Below are positions 1 to 4,434 of a stretch of DNA of 5,159 nucleotides, in pieces (position 1 is the first letter of the stretch; each line of letters starts with the position of its first letter). Position numbers and translations under genes: made by a program. This DNA is from a virus (lineage: Duplodnaviria; Heunggongvirae; Uroviricota; Caudoviricetes), in the IMG/VR virus record IMGVR_UViG_2671180637_000011, one strand, 5' to 3'. The notes beneath the pieces were generated by a model. It was not told the origin of the DNA. It made no database searches and was given only the letters and a program-made list of their open reading frames with translations.

Positions 1-69
1 CATGTTGTTGGCGATCCGACGCATCTGCTCACGGTCAAAGTTAACCATCTGTGCGGCGATGTTTTTCAT
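1..69 (-). CDS. P: Replication protein P, N-terminal 23 codons only (gene continues beyond window start)
   Basis: Reverse complement of 1-69 translates MKNIAAQMVNFDREQMRRIANNM, which I recognise as the N-terminus of lambda P. Its ATG (69-67) overlaps the O stop codon (68-66) in an ATGA arrangement, as in lambda. Confidence 0.9.
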   Translation of the reverse strand, partial: MKNIAAQMVNFDREQMRRIANNM

Positions 70-1004
70 AGATCCACCCCGTAAATCCAGTCTGTGTTTG
101 TCAGGTCGAGTTTTGGTTTGCTGGCTGTCACGGCTGCCTGTTGCTTGTTACGGTTGATTTCGAGCTGGGTCCACTTGTCGCGGAGTTTGGCCGGACTCAG
201 CACGTTACCGGACCAGAAGTTGTCCTGGCAGGCCCAGCGGAAAAGCACACACATATCGCGGTGGTTACGTCCGTCACGTTCACGCATCAGGCGGATATCG
301 TTAGCCCACCCTGCAAAATTCGGTTTTCTGGCTGATGGCGCGATAGTCTTCACCATGTCAAACATCCACTCTGCGGCGGTCAGGTCTTCTGCTGTTCCCC
401 ACTTGCTGCCGCTCTGAATTGCAGCATCCGGTTTAACCACAGAAAGATCGTTTTCTGGCTGGTCAGAGGATTCGCCAGAATTCTCGGACGAATAATCTTT
501 TCTTTTTTCTTTTGTAATAGTGTCTTTTGTGTCCCCCTGTTTTGAGGGATAGCAATCCCCTAATTTGAGGGATGTTTTATCCCTCGTTTTAGGGGATTTT
601 CCCTCGTTTTGAGGGATGTCCCTCATTTTAGGGGAACCTCCCTCGTTTTGAGGGATGCACCATTCTGAGATGTTTTTATTTGGTCCAAACATGCCGCCTT
701 GCTGCTTGATAATATTCATTCTGACGAGTTCTAACTTGGCTTCATTGCACCGTTTGACAGGTAACTTTGTAATCTCGCTAAGTTGAGAATCGGTGATTCT
801 GTCCATTGGTTTATTCCACCCATAGGTTTTACGCAGAATGGCAAGCAGCACTTTAAACTGTCGCTTGGTCAGATCTGCGCCTGAATAAGCCTCAATCAGC
901 ATATTTGATAGTCTGGCGTAACCATCATCGAGATCTGCCACATTACGCTCCTGTTCGGCAAAGTTACCTCTGCCGAAGTTGAGTATTTTTGCTGTATTTG
1001 TCAT
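66..1004 (-). CDS. O: Replication initiator protein O (lambda O family, iteron-binding)
   Basis: 312-aa ORF from the track. The N-terminal ~110 aa (MTNTAKILNFGRGNFA...VRMNIIKQQGGMFGPNKNISEWCIPQNEG) read as lambda O from memory. The ori iterons lie inside the ORF and encode the repeated IPQNEG linker. It is immediately followed by P. Confidence 0.95.
   Translation of the reverse strand: MTNTAKILNFGRGNFAEQERNVADLDDGYARLSNMLIEAYSGADLTKRQFKVLLAILRKTYGWNKPMDRITDSQLSEITKLPVKRCNEAKLELVRMNIIKQQGGMFGPNKNISEWCIPQNEGGSPKMRDIPQNEGKSPKTRDKTSLKLGDCYPSKQGDTKDTITKEKRKDYSSENSGESSDQPENDLSVVKPDAAIQSGSKWGTAEDLTAAEWMFDMVKTIAPSARKPNFAGWANDIRLMRERDGRNHRDMCVLFRWACQDNFWSGNVLSPAKLRDKWTQLEINRNKQQAAVTASKPKLDLTNTDWIYGVDL
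481..656. repeat. ori-lambda-type replication origin: six direct iterons (532-656) plus adjacent A/T-rich unwinding tract (481-531), embedded in O
   Basis: Six copies of an 18-19 bp unit (plus-strand consensus tCCCTCgTTTTgAGGGAt, itself an inverted repeat) at 532-550, 555-573, 579-597, 599-617, 619-636 and 639-656. The flanking tract 481-531 (rc ACAAAAGACACTATTACAAAAGAAAAAAGAAAAGATTATTCG) matches the lambda ori A/T-rich region as I remember it. Confidence 0.9.
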
Positions 1005-1007
1005 AAT
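979..1007 (+). promoter_or_regulatory. p_o-like promoter for the oop antisense RNA
   Basis: -35 TTGAGT (979-984), 17-bp spacer, -10 CATAAT (1002-1007), on the plus strand at the O start codon. Predicted start near 1014-1016, matching the 5' end of the oop-like RNA. Confidence 0.45.
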
Positions 1008-1014
1008 GACTCCT

Positions 1015-1090
1015 GTGGATTGATCCAGTAATTCCCTCAGAATTGCATATCAATTTGCTTAGAGTCCCCGGCGGCCACCGGGGATTTTTT
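1015..1090 (+). ncRNA. oop: oop-like antisense RNA (~76 nt) overlapping the cII 3' end
   Basis: Plus-strand segment GATTGATCCAGTAATTCCCTCAGAATTGCATATCAATTTGCTTAGAGTCCCCGGCGGCCACCGGGGATTTTTT aligns by eye with lambda oop RNA (GUUGAUAGAUCCAGUAAUGACCUCAGAA...GCCGCCGGGCGUUUUUU, from memory). It has the same position (O/cII junction), the same antisense orientation to cII and the same terminal hairpin plus U-run. Confidence 0.7.
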
Positions 1091-1333
1091 CTTTGTGATT
1101 TCATCAAGCGCATACTTAAAAGCCCTGCTAATCGGACTGATGTCTGATGCCATTCCGAAAGCACACAAGACCGAAGCAATAAATCTCCAGTCCGTTCTGC
1201 TTATCTTCGATTCATGACAGCCAATCATCTTTGCCAGACCGCGCTGGGTAAGCGTTGACAGGTTGATAAGTAAATCTGTTTCTGCGCGATCAACATCACG
1301 CTGTGATAGTTTGCTGTAACTTGTTTGTTCCAT
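1037..1333 (-). CDS. cII: CII-family transcriptional activator (98 aa)
   Basis: ORF between cro and O on the same strand, as in lambda. It has a helix-turn-helix-like segment (LTQRGLAKMIGCHESKISR). Its 3' end is overlapped by the antisense oop-like RNA and its 5' end by a PRE-like TTGC-N6-TTGT motif. Size matches lambda CII (97 aa). Confidence 0.85.
   Translation of the reverse strand: MEQTSYSKLSQRDVDRAETDLLINLSTLTQRGLAKMIGCHESKISRTDWRFIASVLCAFGMASDISPISRAFKYALDEITKKKSPVAAGDSKQIDMQF
1065..1093 (+). terminator. Intrinsic terminator (t_o-like) ending the oop RNA
   Basis: Stem CCCCGG (1066-1071) / CCGGGG (1078-1083) with loop CGGCCA, followed by TTTTTT (1085-1090). The reverse strand has no U-run after the hairpin, so it works only for plus-strand transcripts. 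Confidence 0.75.
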
Positions 1334-1343
1334 TTCTTAAGAT
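1311..1343 (+). promoter_or_regulatory. PRE-like CII-activated promoter reading towards cI, antisense to cro
   Basis: TTGC (1311-1314) N6 TTGT (1321-1324) straddles a -35 position, which resembles the lambda CII site TTGC-N6-TTGC. A -10 candidate TAAGAT (1338-1343) lies 17 bp downstream. Located inside the first codons of cII, as in lambda. Confidence 0.45.
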
Positions 1344-1371
1344 TTCCAATAGTGAATAGCTAGTTGAAAGG

Positions 1372-1389
1372 TATGCGTGGAAACGCATA
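1372..1389 (-). terminator. Hairpin at the tR1 position between nutR and cII
   Basis: Near-perfect palindrome tATGCGT-GGAA-ACGCATa (1372-1389). On the minus strand it is followed only by CCTTTC, a weak U-tract. It may be a tR1-like pause/termination element or a protein-binding palindrome. Confidence 0.3.
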
Positions 1390-1418
1390 TGGCCTTAGTT
1401 GGTCAGATATCTTGGAAC

Positions 1419-1463
1419 TCGCTTTTCAGCGACGTAGGACGAATGTCCGTTGTTACAAAGAGC
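1419..1463 (-). promoter_or_regulatory. nutR (boxA + boxB) N-utilisation site
   Basis: Minus-strand boxA GCTCTTTGTAAC (rc of 1452-1463) matches the boxA consensus GCTCTTT(A). boxB hairpin TCGC-TGAAAA-GCGA (rc of 1419-1432) lies ~20 nt downstream. Position is between cro and cII, as in lambda, and it is nearly identical to the nutL copy at 3315-3360. Confidence 0.6.
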
Positions 1464-1471
1464 GGGGTTAC

Positions 1472-1705
1472 TTATGCTGCTGATGCTCTACGCGATACGA
1501 ACACCAGATTTTCCTTTTTCACAGGTTTATAACCCGTGAAATTACGAGTGGCTTCTTCGATTGCATTCGCTTTATCTGGGGAAGCTCTTCGAAACCCATA
1601 TGCAATCTGATCAAGATAGCCAACTGAAGTATTCGCTAATGCGGCGAGTCGCTTCCATTCCTCACTAGAAGCCTCTTTTCGCCAGCGTAGTAGTTCATTA
1701 CTCAT
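1472..1705 (-). CDS. cro: Cro-like repressor (77 aa, Cro/CI-type HTH)
   Basis: Small ORF divergent from cI with a strong SD (GGAGG, rc of 1711-1715) 5 nt before the ATG. It is the first gene of the rightward operon (cro-nutR-cII-O-P). Its sequence is not lambda Cro; it looks like the Cro type seen in other lambdoid prophages, but this is unverified. Confidence 0.8.
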   Translation of the reverse strand: MSNELLRWRKEASSEEWKRLAALANTSVGYLDQIAYGFRRASPDKANAIEEATRNFTGYKPVKKENLVFVSRRASAA

Positions 1706-1818
1706 TAGTGCCTCCGCTTATCACACAGAGCAACTTTACCATTTTGATAAATAAAACGCAATGAAGATTTATCAAAATGCATATTTATCCATTTGCTAAA
1801 TAGAGGGAGAATCGTGGG
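1706..1818. promoter_or_regulatory. OR-type operator region with divergent PR (minus) and PRM (plus) promoters
   Basis: PR on the minus strand: -35 TTGCGT (rc of 1756-1761), 17-bp spacer, -10 TAAAGT (rc of 1733-1738). Operator half-sites TTTATC/GATAAA at 1746-1751, 1768-1773 and 1784-1789. 17-bp imperfect palindromes TTTACCATTTTGATAAA (1735-1751, overlapping the PR -10) and TTTATCCATTTGCTAAA (1784-1800, next to the cI SD AGGGAGA at 1804-1810). Confidence 0.7.
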
Positions 1819-2523
1819 ATGGAAAACAAAGATATTCGCAAATCGAATCTGGCGTTTTTGCTAGATGAGCATAAAAAAATCGCGGGTAACACTAATGCAA
1901 GCTTTGCCGATAAGCTTGGAGTTAGCCCTTCTCAACTCACGCAAGTCTCCGGTGAAAAAAGCACTCGAAACATAGGGGATAAACTAGCAAGAAAATTCGA
2001 AGCCGCACTTGGGTTACCTAATGGGTGGCTTGATTTGGTACATGATGTAACACCAATTGCATCATGCTCAGATTCTTTAACTTTTGTCGGTCAGGTAAGA
2101 AAAGGGTTAGTGCGCGTGGTTGGTGAGGCAATTCTTGGTGTTGATGGTGCCATCGAGATGACCGAAGAGCGCGATGGGTGGCTCAATATTTATAGCGATG
2201 ATCCAGATGCCTTTGGTCTTCGTGTGAAAGGAGACAGCATGTGGCCCAGAATAAAATCAGGAGAATATGTACTCATTGAGCCTAACACCAAAGTATTCCC
2301 GGGGGATGAGGTGTTTGTCAGAACTGTTGAAGGACACAACATGATCAAAGTTCTTGGCTATGACAGAGATGGAGAATACCAATTTACAAGCATCAACCAG
2401 GACCACAGGCCAATAACGTTGCCTTATCATCAAGTAGCAAAGGTGGAGTATGTGGCTGGTATTCTGAAGCAATCTCGCCATCTGGATGACATCGAGGCAA
2501 GGGAGTGGCTGAAAAGTTCGTGA
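1819..2523 (+). CDS. cI: CI-type phage repressor (234 aa): N-terminal HTH, C-terminal LexA/S24-like self-cleaving domain
   Basis: The N-terminal region has an HTH-like segment (ASFADKLGVSPSQLTQVSG). The C-terminal domain carries the S24 peptidase signature GDSM with a downstream lysine (MIKVL). It is divergent from cro across the operator region and preceded by SD AGGGAGA. Confidence 0.9.
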   Translation: MENKDIRKSNLAFLLDEHKKIAGNTNASFADKLGVSPSQLTQVSGEKSTRNIGDKLARKFEAALGLPNGWLDLVHDVTPIASCSDSLTFVGQVRKGLVRVVGEAILGVDGAIEMTEERDGWLNIYSDDPDAFGLRVKGDSMWPRIKSGEYVLIEPNTKVFPGDEVFVRTVEGHNMIKVLGYDRDGEYQFTSINQDHRPITLPYHQVAKVEYVAGILKQSRHLDDIEAREWLKSS

Positions 2524-2749
2524 CTTCATCGTCACATAGCTGGTAACCAGTGGCCTGAAGAGACGTTTGGGTGATGTGATAGAGATCATTATTCAATTCG
2601 ATTGAGAAAAATCATCATAAGGTTTATATCCATTTATTAGATTTTATGTGTATAAATAGTTAAAAATGCACGATGTAGAGATATTTGTGCTTAACATCAA
2701 TTAATCATTGCTAAATCGTGCTTATTGTTCAGAAATCGCCCAAGTCATA

Positions 2750-2778
2750 TTGAAAATCTGTTGGCGAACACCTATATA
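2750..2778 (+). promoter_or_regulatory. Near-consensus sigma70 promoter inside the cI-OL accessory locus
   Basis: -35 TTGAAA (2750-2755), exactly 17-bp spacer, -10 TATATA (2773-2778). This is the strongest-looking promoter in the window. Predicted start ~2785, only ~7 nt before the GTG of the 36-codon ORF. Confidence 0.4.
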
Positions 2779-2791
2779 AGGAGTATAGTTA

Positions 2792-2902
2792 GTGACCCAA
2801 AACGTATTGCCAATCAACAAGAGCTTGCATGACCGAGCTGTTGATGAATTTAATCGTCTGCATGGAACAATGATTGGCGAGATTAGTGCAATGCTGAAGT
2901 AA
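2792..2902 (+). CDS. Hypothetical micro-protein, 36 aa (MTQNVLPINKSLHDRAVDEFNRLHGTMIGEISAMLK), GTG start
   Basis: Hand translation; below the ORF-track size cutoff. AAGGAG (2778-2783) lies 8 nt upstream of GTG 2792. It is the only ORF with a credible SD between cI and OL. The peptide is not hydrophobic. Coding status is uncertain: the SD overlaps the -10 of the promoter above, so the SD would only be used on cI read-through transcripts. Confidence 0.35.
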   Translation: MTQNVLPINKSLHDRAVDEFNRLHGTMIGEISAMLK

Positions 2903-3016
2903 GCTTTTGGCTGAAATGCGCGGATGTGTAGAGCGCGTTCAAAATCTACGCCGCGACTTTGAAGCTCACATCAATCATTCACAAAAAGCGGCTTGATACT
3001 TAAGTTAGATGACAGA

Positions 3017-3045
3017 ACCCGGCCTCAGCGCCGGGTTTTCTTTGC
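3017..3045 (+). terminator. Intrinsic terminator closing the cI / rex-position transcription unit, just upstream of OL
   Basis: Stem CCCGGC (3018-3023) / GCCGGG (3030-3035) with a 6-nt loop, followed by TTTTCTTT. There is no terminator between the cI stop (2523) and this element, so PRM/PRE transcripts should read through 2524-3016. Confidence 0.8.
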
Positions 3046-3224
3046 CTCACGATCCCCACACCTAATAACACCTTAACCAATTGTATTTATTGAAAAATTG
3101 ATAGATACAACTTTCTAAACCACGAAATTCTGATCCCCCTCAAGTCTCTTCATTCCTTCTGATAAATTCCCGCAATCAAATAAAAAACCATAATAATCAA
3201 CAGGATATTTGAAAACCCAAACAA

Positions 3225-3268
3225 TTTATCATTTTGCTATTGCCATCAGTTTATCATTTCGATAAAGT
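3225..3268 (+). promoter_or_regulatory. OL operators and PL promoter
   Basis: Two 17-bp operator-like sites with the same half-site as OR: TTTATCATTTTGCTATT (3225-3241) and the perfect palindrome TTTATC-ATTTC-GATAAA (3250-3266). PL: -35 TTGCCA (3240-3245), 17-bp spacer, -10 TAAAGT (3263-3268), the same -10 hexamer as PR. It reads into nutL and N. Confidence 0.6.
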
Positions 3269-3314
3269 CAACTCATCAGCAGGACGCTGTAAGCCCAACG
3301 GAGCAGACTGGCAG

Positions 3315-3360
3315 GCTCTTTAAACAACGTCGAACACTCGACTACGTGGCTGAAAAGCCA
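3315..3360 (+). promoter_or_regulatory. nutL (boxA + boxB)
   Basis: boxA GCTCTTTAA (3315-3323); boxB hairpin TGGC-TGAAAA-GCCA (3347-3360). It lies in the PL leader ~100 nt upstream of N. The CTACGTNGCTGAAAAGCNAG core is shared with nutR. Confidence 0.6.
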
Positions 3361-3458
3361 GATCACCCAACCACATAAGCTGTGGGATGCAATGCCGAAG
3401 TAACCGTCTCAGGAGGAGCTTCGAGATTGCATCGCCAAAGTTTATTCGGGAGGAATCT

Positions 3459-3731
3459 ATGTCCAGAAAAACAGAATTTAAAGGCACCGCAGCTTCTCGA
3501 CGTAGAGCTCGTCGCGCAAACCTGCAAAGTCAGGAGGCGATTAGCTCCGACAAGCTACACAGGCCAACCCCTTCACGAGTGGTCTTGCAATGCAAGCGCA
3601 AACCAGCAATGAGAGCAGAAGTTATAACTCTGACAACGTTGACCAGAAAATATGAAGGTTCAACTTGTCTTCCGAACGTAGCTCTTTACGCGGCAGGCTA
3701 CCGGAAATCAAAACAACTGACAGCGAGGTAA
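3459..3731 (+). CDS. N: N-type transcription antitermination protein (90 aa)
   Basis: Arginine-rich motif near the N-terminus (GTAASRRRARRANLQ), typical of boxB-binding N proteins. SD GGGAGG (3448-3453) 5 nt before ATG 3459. First gene after PL and nutL. The track ORF 3387-3731 is the same frame extended upstream to an ATG without an SD; I prefer the 3459 start. Confidence 0.8.
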   Translation: MSRKTEFKGTAASRRRARRANLQSQEAISSDKLHRPTPSRVVLQCKRKPAMRAEVITLTTLTRKYEGSTCLPNVALYAAGYRKSKQLTAR

Positions 3732-3789
3732 CCTGCACTGTTCGCCAGAAAATGAAATTAGGCAGCAAACCACTTATTTGAGGTGATAT

Positions 3790-4239
3790 ATGGAAGAACA
3801 GGCAAATAAGATTCTCATAGAACTATTGCAAAAAGCCAGTAATGGAATAGACGCGGCTGTCTCATTTAGCCAGGCACAGATTCCTGATGTTGTTCATCAG
3901 TTACTGCTATGGAATATGGTTGACAGTCTGATTAAAACATTAATAGCCATTTTAACAATCCCGCTGGTTTTCTGGTTTATGAAGAAACAGTGCCAAAAAG
4001 TTGAAATTGGTAAGTTCGATGATGAAGGATGGTCATGGGATAAGGGGAAGACTAAATACAAACCGACTATGATTTGGGAAAGTAACGGTGAGATTAGTTT
4101 TCTAATCTTACCATTAGCTGCAGTTTTTGTTCTGTGGGTAAGTTTTATTATTGCTGTAGTAACCAATATGACTTGGTTAAAAATTTGGCTGGCCCCAAAG
4201 CTTTACCTTATCGAATATGCAGCATCATTGGTTAAGTAA
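3790..4239 (+). CDS. Hypothetical small inner-membrane protein (149 aa, two predicted TM helices); candidate superinfection-exclusion or abortive-infection function
   Basis: SD GAGGTGA (3780-3786). Hydrophobic segments LIKTLIAILTIPLVFWFM (~aa 47-64) and ISFLILPLAAVFVLWVSFIIAVV (~aa 102-124) are separated by a charged loop (KKQCQKVEIGKFDDEGWSWDKGKTKYK). Immediately downstream of N and followed by its own terminator. No homolog recognised from memory. Confidence 0.75.
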   Translation: MEEQANKILIELLQKASNGIDAAVSFSQAQIPDVVHQLLLWNMVDSLIKTLIAILTIPLVFWFMKKQCQKVEIGKFDDEGWSWDKGKTKYKPTMIWESNGEISFLILPLAAVFVLWVSFIIAVVTNMTWLKIWLAPKLYLIEYAASLVK

Positions 4240-4243
4240 TTTT

Positions 4244-4269
4244 AGGCCGCATAGTCGGCCTTTATTTTT
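4244..4269 (+). terminator. Intrinsic terminator after the membrane-protein gene
   Basis: Stem AGGCCG (4244-4249) / CGGCCT (4256-4261) with loop CATAGT, followed by TTATTTTT. Confidence 0.7.
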
Positions 4270-4386
4270 GGCATAAACAACAGAATAAACACTGCACTGT
4301 GCATTCATTCCAACGAGTGAATACACGGAGAAATGTCGCTCATAATTAAACAGGAGCCGACTTGTTCTGATTATTGGAAATCTTCT

Positions 4387-4415
4387 TTGCCCTCCGATGT
4401 GAGGGCAATTTTTTA
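4387..4415 (+). terminator. Second intrinsic terminator, immediately upstream of the 122-aa gene
   Basis: Stem TTGCCCTC (4387-4394) / GAGGGCAA (4401-4408) with loop CGATGT, followed by TTTTTT (4409-4414). Confidence 0.7.
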
Positions 4416-4434
4416 TCTATGAGGATATGAATAG

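Noticed and set aside
94-417. Track ORFs 94-417 (+, 107 aa) and 141-335 (+, 64 aa)
   Set aside because: Both lie entirely antisense to the well-supported O gene, have no SD and arginine/serine-rich low-complexity translations typical of antisense frames.
532-656. Regularly spaced ~19-bp direct repeats that might be taken for a CRISPR array
   Set aside because: The units are the lambda-type ori iterons inside the O gene. Spacing is 20-24 bp with no unique spacers, and there are no cas genes.
964-1179. Track ORF 964-1179 (-, 71 aa)
   Set aside because: It spans the O start, the cII stop and the oop terminator hairpin in a frame different from cII. It is explained by the overlapping real features.
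2257-2596. Track ORFs 2257-2589 (-, 110 aa) and 2393-2596 (-, 67 aa) antisense to the 3' end of cI
   Set aside because: They overlap the cI coding sequence on the opposite strand and no SD was seen. They are most likely frame artefacts, although a rex-position gene reading back into cI cannot be fully excluded without homology data.
3010-3066. 18-codon ORF starting at ATG 3010 (MTEPGLSAGFSLPHDPHT)
   Set aside because: No SD, and the frame is simply the sequence of the intrinsic terminator hairpin.
3382-3612. Track ORF 3382-3612 (+, 76 aa) and the 3387 start of the N frame
   Set aside because: 3382-3612 overlaps nutL and N in another frame. The 3387 ATG lacks an SD and would put the nutL boxB inside coding sequence. 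The SD-preceded ATG at 3459 gives a normal-sized N.
3897-4166. Track ORF 3897-4166 (-, 89 aa)
   Set aside because: Fully antisense to the membrane-protein gene, which has an SD and convincing TM-helix composition.
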